This document shows, one piece after another, positions 19,833 through 28,286 of a DNA stretch of 64,000 nucleotides. Position numbers and translations under genes: made by a program. The notes under the pieces are model-generated. The model was not told where the DNA came from. It searched no databases and saw nothing but the letters and a program-made list of their open reading frames with translations. Source of the stretch: Clostridia bacterium. Its GTDB lineage: Bacteria; Bacillota; Clostridia; Oscillospirales; CAG-382. The stretch is from assembly GCA_017397955.1 (NCBI GenBank), contig JAFQHL010000031.1:8191-72190 (forward strand), given 5' to 3'. Position 1 is the first letter of the stretch, and each line of letters begins with the position of its first letter.

Positions 19833-20932
19833 GTAACCGAATAGGCTCTTATATAAGCTTTACCCTGTTTGGTGAAAGCCACGGGGCAGAGATAGGCGTG
19901 CTGGCGGACGGACTGCCTGCGGGGATTCCCGTAGACGAAGACTTTATAAAAAAACAGCTTAGCAGGCGCAGACCTGTGGGTGCAATCTCCACCGCCCGTG
20001 TGGAGTCAGATGAATACCGAATAGTAAGCGGCGTATTCGGCGGCTATACCACAGGAGCACCCCTTTGTTTACTTATACCCAACAGTAACACAGACAGCAA
20101 GAGCTATGAGGGACTTACCCATCACCCAAGACCCGGTCACGCAGATTACACGGCGCTTGTTAAATACGGTGGCTACAGCGACTACCGCGGCGGCGGCCAT
20201 TTTTCCGGCAGGCTTACCGCGGCACTTACGGCAATGGGTGCGTTGATGCAGTCTGCACTGAAGGCAAAGGGCGTAGAAATAGGCGCACATATAAGCACGA
20301 TTGGTGATATAAAGGACAAAAGCTTTACCCCCTCGGCAGAGGAATTTGCCCTGTCAGCACAGGATTTTCCCGTCATTGATAAAGCCGTGGGTGAAAAGAT
20401 GAAGGCGTATATAGCAGAAGCGGCGGCAGAGGGCGACAGCGTAGGCGGAATTGTAGAGCTTGCCGTCACGGGTGTACCTGCAGGTGTTGGTGAGCCGTGG
20501 TTTGACGGCGTGGAAAACGCACTTGCCCGTGCAATGTTCGGCATACCTGCAGTTAAAGGAATAGAGTTTGGCGCAGGCTTTGACTTTGCCCGCCTTAAAG
20601 GCAGTACAGCCAACGATTTACTGCAAAAGGAACAGGGCAGGGTTGTAACAAAAACTAATAACAACGGGGGCATAAACGGCGGTATAAGTAACGGAATGCC
20701 TGTTATATACCGTTTGGCAATAAAACCAACTCCTTCCATATACAAGGAACAGAACACATTAAATTTAAAGGCAGATACAGTAGCACCTCTACAGATACAT
20801 GGTAGGCACGACCCCGCTATAATCCACAGAGCAGTGCCCGTAACAGAGGCGGTTAGCGCCTTAGTGTTTGCAGACTTGTTGGCACAGCAATATGGCAGGG
20901 CTTGGCTTGTACCCGTAAAGGAGGAAAAGTAA
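19829..20932 (+). CDS. aroC: Chorismate synthase
   Basis: GESHG, RPGHAD, GGGHFSGRLTA, NNNGGINGGISNG, GRHDP. Confidence 0.97.
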   Translation: MSNRIGSYISFTLFGESHGAEIGVLADGLPAGIPVDEDFIKKQLSRRRPVGAISTARVESDEYRIVSGVFGGYTTGAPLCLLIPNSNTDSKSYEGLTHHPRPGHADYTALVKYGGYSDYRGGGHFSGRLTAALTAMGALMQSALKAKGVEIGAHISTIGDIKDKSFTPSAEEFALSAQDFPVIDKAVGEKMKAYIAEAAAEGDSVGGIVELAVTGVPAGVGEPWFDGVENALARAMFGIPAVKGIEFGAGFDFARLKGSTANDLLQKEQGRVVTKTNNNGGINGGISNGMPVIYRLAIKPTPSIYKEQNTLNLKADTVAPLQIHGRHDPAIIHRAVPVTEAVSALVFADLLAQQYGRAWLVPVKEEK

Positions 20933-22176
20933 TGAACTACGGACTTATAGGCGAAAAACTTGGTCACTCCTTCTCTGCAGATATACACGCGCTCCTCGGC
21001 GACTACGATTATGAGCTTAAAGAGATACCCTGTGACGGACTTGAGCAGTTTATAAAAACGGCAGATTTTAAGGGCATAAACGTAACTATTCCTTACAAGC
21101 AGGCGGTTATCCCGTATCTGGATTATCTGGATGCGGGCGCAAAGGCTATAGGCGCGGTTAATACAGTGGTTAACAAAAACGGCAAGCTGTACGGCTATAA
21201 TACGGATTTTTACGGTATGCACTGCCTGCTTCGCCGCATAGGCGCTGTACCCCGTGGCAAAAAGACTATTATTCTGGGCACGGGCGGCACCTCCAAAACT
21301 GCCCTTGCGGTGGTAAAGGCAATGGGCGGCACAGAGGTTTACCGCGTAAGCCGTAATCCGTCGGATGATACCGTAAGCTATGAAGAAGCGGCTAGAAACC
21401 ACAGCGACGCGGCAATAATAATAAATACCACCCCTGTGGGAATGTACCCCAATACGGATGCCTGCCCCATAGATATAAACGCTTTCCCCGCACTAACGGC
21501 GGTGGCGGACGCGGTGTATAATCCCTTGCGCTCCCGACTGGTGCAAGCGGCAACGGAAAAGGGTATTTCCGCCGAGGGCGGGCTGTTTATGCTGGTGGCA
21601 CAGGCGGTAAGAGCGTCGGAATATTTTCTTGGCACCGTATACGCACCTGAAACGGTAAATACCGTCTACAAAACAATGCTTCGCAAAAAAGAAAACATAG
21701 TGCTTATCGGTATGCCATCCTGCGGTAAAAGCACCGTTGGGAATATTTTGGCGGCACGCTTTGGCAGAGCATGTGTGGATACGGACAGAGTTATAGAGGC
21801 CAACGAGGGCGTAAAGATTTCTCAGATATTTGCGGAAAAAGGGGAAAGCGCCTTCAGAGATATAGAATCGGCAACGGTAGCCGAAGTCAGTCTGAGCGGC
21901 GGCGTGGTAATCGCCACGGGCGGCGGTGCGGTGCTTAGGGAAGAAAATCTGCGTGCCCTAAGGCAAAACGGCAGAATTTATTTTCTTGACCGTCCTCTTG
22001 AAAAGCTTATCCCTACCGAGGACAGACCTCTTGCAAACAGCATAGAGGCCATAAAGGAAAAATATAACGAGCGCTGCGGTATATATATCGAAGCGGCAGA
22101 TGTGATAATAAAAGTAAACGACGGCTCTGCCATGGACGCGGCAGAGTGTATAATAGAGGAGTTTTTTGCAGAATGA
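20932..22176 (+). CDS. aroE: Bifunctional shikimate dehydrogenase / shikimate kinase (AroE-AroK fusion)
   Basis: HSFS, NVTIPYK, AVNT, NTD, GTGG; then GMPSCGKST P-loop, FRDIE, ATGGG. Confidence 0.93.
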   Translation: MNYGLIGEKLGHSFSADIHALLGDYDYELKEIPCDGLEQFIKTADFKGINVTIPYKQAVIPYLDYLDAGAKAIGAVNTVVNKNGKLYGYNTDFYGMHCLLRRIGAVPRGKKTIILGTGGTSKTALAVVKAMGGTEVYRVSRNPSDDTVSYEEAARNHSDAAIIINTTPVGMYPNTDACPIDINAFPALTAVADAVYNPLRSRLVQAATEKGISAEGGLFMLVAQAVRASEYFLGTVYAPETVNTVYKTMLRKKENIVLIGMPSCGKSTVGNILAARFGRACVDTDRVIEANEGVKISQIFAEKGESAFRDIESATVAEVSLSGGVVIATGGGAVLREENLRALRQNGRIYFLDRPLEKLIPTEDRPLANSIEAIKEKYNERCGIYIEAADVIIKVNDGSAMDAAECIIEEFFAE

Positions 22177-22610
22177 AAATATTTGTGCTTAACGGTCCCA
22201 ACCTTAATATGCTGGGCATAAGAGAGCCCGATGTGTACGGTAAGGGCACTTACGAGGAGCTTTGTGCCGAAATCCGCGCTTATGCGGAGGCACAGGGCAT
22301 AGAGCTTGAAATATATCAGAGCAACTACGAGGGCGAGCTGGTAGAGATTATCCATAAGGCGTATTACGGCAAGGCAGACGGTATAGTAATAAACCCCGCT
22401 GCTTATACCCATACAAGCATTGCGTTGCTTGATGCGGTAAAAAGCGTAAATATCCCCACGGTGGAGGTACATATCTCCGACGTATCTGCCAGAGAAGCCT
22501 TCAGACAGCAAAGCTATATACGCGCCGCCTGCGTTGCAACAGTGGCCGGCAAGGGCTTTGACGGTTATATAGAAGCTATGCAGATACTTGAAAATAAAGC
22601 TAAGGAGTAA
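22173..22610 (+). CDS. aroQ: Type II 3-dehydroquinate dehydratase
   Basis: NGPNLNMLGIREPDVYG, NPAAYTHTS, EVHIS. Confidence 0.97.
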   Translation: MKIFVLNGPNLNMLGIREPDVYGKGTYEELCAEIRAYAEAQGIELEIYQSNYEGELVEIIHKAYYGKADGIVINPAAYTHTSIALLDAVKSVNIPTVEVHISDVSAREAFRQQSYIRAACVATVAGKGFDGYIEAMQILENKAKE

Positions 22611-22616
22611 GCTGTT

Positions 22617-23837
22617 ATGACAGTAACAATAAAGCCTGCCAAGGCGGTAGGTGCGGCGGTTGCGCCGCCCTCCAAGAGTATGGCGCATCGTCTTCTGATA
22701 TGCGCGGGTATGTGTCAGGGCGAAAGCCTTATTCACGGTGTCTCTTACAGTGAGGACGTTTCCGCAACTATAGACTGCCTTAGGAATTTCGGCGCTTTGG
22801 TAGAACGTGTGGGCGATGGCAGGACGGTGCGTGTTTGCGGCGTGGATATGACAAAGGCATATCCAAAATCTGTACTGAGATGCAGAGAAAGCGGAAGCAC
22901 TTTAAGGTTTTTCTTGCCCTTGGCATTGCTTTCCGGCAAAGAGGCTACGCTTACGGGTGCGCCCTCCTTACTTAAACGCCCTATGACCGTATATAAAGAG
23001 CTGTGCGAGTTTAAGGATTTAAAGTACCTGCAAAAGGACGACAGTATTACCGTAAAGGGTAAACTGCCCTCCGGCAGATATACGGTTTCGGGTAACATAA
23101 GCAGCCAGTTTATAAGCGGTATGCTTTTTGCTTTACCTTTTGCGGAAGGTAACAGCTACATCAATATTATCCCGCCTGTGGAAAGCCGCCCGTATCTGGA
23201 CCTTACACTGTCCGCGCTCAATATATTCGGCATAGAGGCAGGCTGGAAGGATGACCATACTCTATATATCCCCGGCGCACAAACCGCAAAACCCTGCGAA
23301 TGCAGCGTAGAAGGTGACTTCTCCAACAGTGCATTTTTGGATGCACTGAGCGTTTTGGGCGGCGATGTTACGGTAGAAGGTCTTTCCGACGAAAGCCTGC
23401 AAGGCGACCGAGAATACAAAAAGATGTTTGAGTTGCTGAAAACAGGCGCACCTGCCCTGCATATCGGCGATTGTCCCGACCTTGGCCCCATACTTTTTGC
23501 CTTGGCGGCGGCGTGTCACGGGGGCATATTCAGTGGCACAAGGCGTTTAAGACTTAAAGAAAGCGATCGTTCTTTTGCCATGGCAGAGGAACTGAAAAAA
23601 TTCGGCGTATCCTCCACTGTAGAGGAGGACAGCGTGGTTATATATCCTATGGAGTTCCATGCGCCCACGGAGCCTCTTTTCGGTCACAACGACCACCGTG
23701 TTGTAATGTCACTTGCGGTGTTACTCACCAAAGTGGGCGGAACAATAGTCGGTGCAGAGGCTGTCAATAAAAGTTATCCTGAGTTTTTTGATGTGCTGAG
23801 AAGCTTGGGGATAGAGGTGATTGAAAGTGAATCTTGA
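22617..23837 (+). CDS. aroA: 3-phosphoshikimate 1-carboxyvinyltransferase (EPSP synthase)
   Basis: PPSKSMAHR, ESGSTLRF, SSQFISG, LRLKESDR, HNDHRV, KSYPEF. Confidence 0.96.
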   Translation: MTVTIKPAKAVGAAVAPPSKSMAHRLLICAGMCQGESLIHGVSYSEDVSATIDCLRNFGALVERVGDGRTVRVCGVDMTKAYPKSVLRCRESGSTLRFFLPLALLSGKEATLTGAPSLLKRPMTVYKELCEFKDLKYLQKDDSITVKGKLPSGRYTVSGNISSQFISGMLFALPFAEGNSYINIIPPVESRPYLDLTLSALNIFGIEAGWKDDHTLYIPGAQTAKPCECSVEGDFSNSAFLDALSVLGGDVTVEGLSDESLQGDREYKKMFELLKTGAPALHIGDCPDLGPILFALAAACHGGIFSGTRRLRLKESDRSFAMAEELKKFGVSSTVEEDSVVIYPMEFHAPTEPLFGHNDHRVVMSLAVLLTKVGGTIVGAEAVNKSYPEFFDVLRSLGIEVIESES

Positions 23838-25752
23838 TAAAAACACTAGAATACTGATTGTAGGTCTTGGCGTAATGGGCGGCGGCTACGCAAAAGCACT
23901 TACGGATAAAGGCTACAATGTAGCAGCGATAACCCGCAGCCAAAAGACCTTGGACTATGCGCTTGCCCACGGAATCGTAGGCGGAGGTGCGGCATTTCCC
24001 GACTCCGAACTTATCTCTGCGGCAGAGCTTATAGTAATAGCTTTGTATCCGCAAGCGGCAATAGATTGGGTAGCAGAGCATGGCAAGCATATTCGCAAGG
24101 GCGCAGTGGTAACCGATGTTACGGGTGTAAAGTGCGGCGTTGTGGAACAGATGCAGGCGCTAATGCCGGATGGCGTTGAATATATTTCCGCCCACCCCAT
24201 GGCGGGTAGGGAAAGCAGTGGCATAGAGTACAGTGACCCTCGCGTATTCCTTGGAGCAAACTATATCGTTACCCCCACGGAAAAGAACAGCGAGGCGGCA
24301 ATAGAGCTGTGTGCCGACCTTGGGCGTGTGTTGGGCTTTGGGCGCATTTCCGTATTACCGCCCGGAAAGCACGACTCTATGATAGCTTTTCTATCCCAGC
24401 TTACCCATTGTATAGCGGTAACCCTTATGACTTGCAATCAAAGTGAAGGAATGGAGCGTTTTTCGGGTGACTCCTTCCGCGACCTTACCCGTATAGCAAA
24501 AATAAACGACCGTATGTGGTCAGAGCTGTTCTTGGCAAACAAAATGCCCCTGCTTAAGGAGATGGACGGCTTTATAGAAGAGTTTAAGCGACTGCGTACT
24601 ATGATAGCTGAGGACAACGCCGAGGATATGCGCGCCATGATGCGGCTTTCCACGGAACGTCGAACAAAATTTGATAAACCCAAATCACATATAATACCTG
24701 AAGAGAAGGAGGACACTAATATGAGTATGAATTTCAACCGTAAACTGCCTATCCCTATGGAGATAAAAGAGCAGTACCCCTTGACTCTCGAACTGGAAAA
24801 GAGACGTGACGAACAGATAAGCGAGCTTAAGAAAATATTTACGGGAGAGTCCGATAAATTTGCACTTATTATAGGGCCTTGCTCTGCCGACCATGAGGAT
24901 ACGGTTATAAAATATATCCACAATCTCCGTGAGGTGCAGGAAAAGGTTAAGGACAAAATCCTTATCGTGCCCCGCATTTACACCAACAAGCCCCGCACCA
25001 CAGGCGCGGGCTATAAAGGAATGTTGCATCAGCCCAACCCCAATGCCGACCCTGATATGCTTAAGGGGATTATTGCAATCCGTGACCTGCATATAAGGGC
25101 AATGCGTGAGACGGGATTCGCCTGTGCTGACGAGATGCTTTACCCCGAAAACCACCGCTATCTTTCCGACCTGCTTGCATACGTGGCGGTAGGTGCCAGA
25201 AGCGTGGAAAACCAACAGCACCGTCTTACTGCCAGCGGTATGGACATCCCCGTAGGCATGAAGAACCCCACCGGCGGTGACCTTTCCGTAATGATGAACT
25301 CTATCACCGCCGCACAGGGCTCCCACACCTTCCTGTACCGCGGCTGGGAGGTAAAAAGCGACGGCAACCCCTTTGCCCATGCAATCCTGCGCGGATATGT
25401 AGATAAGCGCGGTGTTTCCCACCCCAATTATCATTACGAAGACCTTATAACACTCCACGACCTTTATGCCGCAGGCGGGCAAAGCAACCCCGCGGTAATT
25501 GTGGATACAAACCACGCAAACTCCGGCAAAAAGTATCTGGAGCAACCCCGTATAGCCAAGGATGTACTCCACAGTTGCAACTGCAGTGCGGATATCAGGA
25601 AGCTGGTAAAGGGGCTTATGATAGAAAGCTATATCTACGACGGTTGCCAAAAGATAAGCGAGGACGAAATACTCGGTAAGTCTATTACCGACCCCTGCCT
25701 TGGCTGGGAAAAGACGGAAAGACTTATCTACGATATAGCAGAAATGCTTTAA
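23827..25752 (+). CDS. tyrA: Prephenate dehydrogenase fused in frame to a type I-alpha DAHP synthase (second RBS and ATG at 24721)
   Basis: GLGVMGG, DVTGVK, HPMAGRE, HD...SQLTH, DLTRIA (TyrA); GPCS, RIYTNKPRT, GARS, GMKN, DTNHANS, SITDPC (DAHPS); no stop codon between them; likely GTG start at 23827 (TTG 23821 possible). Confidence 0.88.
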   Translation: MNLDKNTRILIVGLGVMGGGYAKALTDKGYNVAAITRSQKTLDYALAHGIVGGGAAFPDSELISAAELIVIALYPQAAIDWVAEHGKHIRKGAVVTDVTGVKCGVVEQMQALMPDGVEYISAHPMAGRESSGIEYSDPRVFLGANYIVTPTEKNSEAAIELCADLGRVLGFGRISVLPPGKHDSMIAFLSQLTHCIAVTLMTCNQSEGMERFSGDSFRDLTRIAKINDRMWSELFLANKMPLLKEMDGFIEEFKRLRTMIAEDNAEDMRAMMRLSTERRTKFDKPKSHIIPEEKEDTNMSMNFNRKLPIPMEIKEQYPLTLELEKRRDEQISELKKIFTGESDKFALIIGPCSADHEDTVIKYIHNLREVQEKVKDKILIVPRIYTNKPRTTGAGYKGMLHQPNPNADPDMLKGIIAIRDLHIRAMRETGFACADEMLYPENHRYLSDLLAYVAVGARSVENQQHRLTASGMDIPVGMKNPTGGDLSVMMNSITAAQGSHTFLYRGWEVKSDGNPFAHAILRGYVDKRGVSHPNYHYEDLITLHDLYAAGGQSNPAVIVDTNHANSGKKYLEQPRIAKDVLHSCNCSADIRKLVKGLMIESYIYDGCQKISEDEILGKSITDPCLGWEKTERLIYDIAEML

Positions 25753-25837
25753 AGTCGCAGAAAGCGGCATTATGTGCTAAAACATAACACATCGCCGTAA
25801 GGCGGTGGCACTCCCTCCGAAGACTAACATCAAAAAT

Positions 25838-25919
25838 AAACGGTAGGAAGAGCAATTGCTCTTCCTACCGTTTTGTCTATGCTGTTTTTTAGGGGCAGTC
25901 GAGGACGAGAAGTCCCTAC
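25838..25919. repeat. GTAG-type REP-like palindromes; the first probably also acts as a bidirectional terminator
   Basis: 36-bp perfect palindrome AAACGGTAGGAAGAGCAATTGCTCTTCCTACCGTTT (25838-25873); inverted GTAG-GGACTTCTCGTCCTCGACTGCCCC (25919-25892). Confidence 0.6.
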
Positions 25920-25943
25920 GACAAAAAATTATTGTTTTTGCGC

Positions 25944-26774
25944 TTATTTAAGCATCTCAATAAGCTTGCCCAGCACTACCTCAAAGGCGGCGCCGTACCA
26001 ATGGTTGTCAAGCCCCGCGGTGGCTTTAATGCACTCTACCGTGTAGTCGGCGGCTATCTGTGCGCTTTCGTAAGGGGTTTTGCCGCGGAGCAAAGAGCCC
26101 GTAAACGCACTTGCGTAAATATCGCCGGTGCCGTGGCAACTGTTCGGCAAAAAGTCATGCTTGTAATAGCTGTACTCGCCGTTTTCAAACACCACAACGC
26201 CGGTCTTGCCTTCCTCGTAGGAAACACCCGTAAGCACCACATTCTTTGCGCCCAGCGCGGCAAGCTTTGTAATCAAGCCGTCTATGTACGCTCTGTCGTA
26301 CTCGGTCTTGTATTCGGTATCCGTAAGGAAGCAAGCCTCGGTAATGTTAGGCAAAACATAGTCAGCCTTGCCGCACAGCTTTTTCATAGCGTTTACATAT
26401 TCGCCGTCAAAGGCGGGGTAGAGCTTGCCGTTGTCTGCCATAGCAGGGTCAACAATAATTGCCGCACCCTCTTTTGCACAGTTGTCAAACAACGCCGCTA
26501 CAAGGTCAATCTGCTCGGTACTGCCCAGATATCCTGTATAGATACCGTCAAACATTATCCCTTCCTTTTGCCAGTGCGCCATAATAGCGGGTATATCCTC
26601 TGTAAGGTCGCGGAAGGTAAAGCCTGTAAAGCCCGCCGTGTGGGTAGACAAAACAGCAGAGGGTAATACGGCGGTTTCAATACCGCAGGCGGAAATTATA
26701 GGCAACGCCACGGTAAGTGAGCATTGTCCAACGCAGGATATATCCTGCACTGTTAAAACTCTTTTGTAGGACAT
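25944..26774 (-). CDS. pdxK: Pyridoxamine/pyridoxal kinase (PfkB superfamily)
   Basis: QDISCVGQCS, LSTHT, TGYLGS, DPAMADNG, PNITEA, GTGDIYAS. Confidence 0.9.
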   Translation of the reverse strand: MSYKRVLTVQDISCVGQCSLTVALPIISACGIETAVLPSAVLSTHTAGFTGFTFRDLTEDIPAIMAHWQKEGIMFDGIYTGYLGSTEQIDLVAALFDNCAKEGAAIIVDPAMADNGKLYPAFDGEYVNAMKKLCGKADYVLPNITEACFLTDTEYKTEYDRAYIDGLITKLAALGAKNVVLTGVSYEEGKTGVVVFENGEYSYYKHDFLPNSCHGTGDIYASAFTGSLLRGKTPYESAQIAADYTVECIKATAGLDNHWYGAAFEVVLGKLIEMLK

Positions 26775-26814
26775 CTGAATTTCAAGCCTCCTTGCTTAAA
26801 CTATGTACAGTTTA

Positions 26815-27330
26815 TTATTTTTTAATGTTCTGTGCCAAAAGGTCACGTATTTCCTTAAGAACTTCTGCGTTCTTTTCTTCAATCGTGGGTTCAGCGGGAG
26901 CAGGAGCTTCCTCAACAACCTCTTCTTCTTTGCGAAGCTTCTTCATAAGCTCTTCACGCTTCTGCTGGAATACCATTGCGGACTTGATGATAACAAAAAG
27001 AACAATAGCAACCAACAGGAAGTCGATTATGCTTTGAAGAAACTCGCCCCAGTAAATAGCGTTTTCTGCTACCGCTTCGGTAACAACGTTGCCTTCTGCA
27101 TCAAGCACAGCATCCTTTGCGGGGGAGAGAACGGTCTTAATGTCGCCAACTCCACCGTCGCCGATAACTGCCGTAACCAAAGGCATAATAACCTTGTCCG
27201 TAAGCGCGGTAACAATTGCCTTGAAGGAATTACCTATGATAACACCGATAGCCATATCAAGTATGTTACCCTTGGTTATAAACTCCTTAAACTCTGTGAT
27301 AAATCCTTTTTTCCCGTTTTTCTTAGACAT
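26815..27330 (-). CDS. mscL: Large-conductance mechanosensitive channel
   Basis: EFKEFITKGNILDMAIGVIIG...LKEIRDLL. Confidence 0.95.
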   Translation of the reverse strand: MSKKNGKKGFITEFKEFITKGNILDMAIGVIIGNSFKAIVTALTDKVIMPLVTAVIGDGGVGDIKTVLSPAKDAVLDAEGNVVTEAVAENAIYWGEFLQSIIDFLLVAIVLFVIIKSAMVFQQKREELMKKLRKEEEVVEEAPAPAEPTIEEKNAEVLKEIRDLLAQNIKK

Positions 27331-27332
27331 CC

Positions 27333-28076
27333 TTAAAACCTCCTAAGTATTTTTGTTCTTATGTCAATCGCCCTGTCGGGGTAATTGGTAATAACAGCAT
27401 CTACACCTGCCTCCATCAGCGCTTTAAGGTCTTCCTTGCTGTTGGGGGTGTATGGATGTACTCTAAGCCCTGCGGCGTGGCAGTTTGCCACATAGTTGGG
27501 GTCAGCAAGGACCGGTGCAAATGCGGGGTGTAAGGCAGAGGCGGAAAGGTTTTTGCCCAACCTTAAATATTCGGGGTCGTCACCGTAAAGCGGAGCAACA
27601 AAGCTTTCAGGGGATTTCTCCTTCAGCTCCTCAAGGTATTCAATAACAAAGGAGGAGTAAAGCACACGGCTTCTTGCATTGTACTTAGCCTCCAGCTCAA
27701 GCACTTTGTCTACAATACCGGGGTTTGTGCGCTTAAGCTCCACATTTATAACAAGGTCGGTGGGCAATATTGCCTCATAAACCTCGGCAAGAGTAGCTAT
27801 TTTTTCGTCATAAAAACGTTTGCCGAATGCGGCGGAGTAGCCAAAGCTATACTGCTTAAGCTCTGCCAAGGTCATCTCCTCAATAACGCCGTCGCCGTCA
27901 CTTGTTCTGTTAATGCTGGCATCGTGGCAAACCACTATTTCGCCGTCTTTGGTAAGGTGTACGTCCAGCTCTATCCCGTCAGCACCAAGACGTGCAGAAA
28001 GGATAAAAGCCGACAAAGTGTTTTCGGGCGCGTAGGCAGAGGCACCTCTGTGCGCCCAAACGGCTGTATATTTCAT
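27333..28076 (-). CDS. Glycerophosphodiester phosphodiesterase
   Basis: AHRGASAYAPENT, ELDVHLTKDG, HD, NVELK, ITNYPD. Confidence 0.93.
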   Translation of the reverse strand: MKYTAVWAHRGASAYAPENTLSAFILSARLGADGIELDVHLTKDGEIVVCHDASINRTSDGDGVIEEMTLAELKQYSFGYSAAFGKRFYDEKIATLAEVYEAILPTDLVINVELKRTNPGIVDKVLELEAKYNARSRVLYSSFVIEYLEELKEKSPESFVAPLYGDDPEYLRLGKNLSASALHPAFAPVLADPNYVANCHAAGLRVHPYTPNSKEDLKALMEAGVDAVITNYPDRAIDIRTKILRRF

Positions 28077-28094
28077 AAACTGTCAACCTCCCTC

Positions 28095-28286
28095 CTACGC
28101 TTCTCCGTTAAGCTTTGCAAGTAAGGCGTCAGCATCCGCACCGTGTGCGGCACAAGCCTGTGCTATGGTTTCACTTCTGCTGCAGGGGCAACCAAGGCAA
28201 TGCATACCTATGGCAAAGAAATGCTCTGCACATTCGGGATTCTGGTCAAGAATATCGCCAACAATAGAGTCTTTAGTGAATTTCAT
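28095..28286 (-). CDS. DUF1858-type small Cys-rich protein
   Basis: GMHCLGCP...ETIAQACAAHG; start at ATG 28286. Confidence 0.85.
   Translation of the reverse strand: MKFTKDSIVGDILDQNPECAEHFFAIGMHCLGCPCSRSETIAQACAAHGADADALLAKLNGEA

Noticed and set aside
20182-21402. Long antisense ORFs (also 12609..13757, 24685..25770, 30616..32040, 43987..45312)
   Set aside because: They lie opposite well-supported genes, lack motifs, and are expected from codon bias
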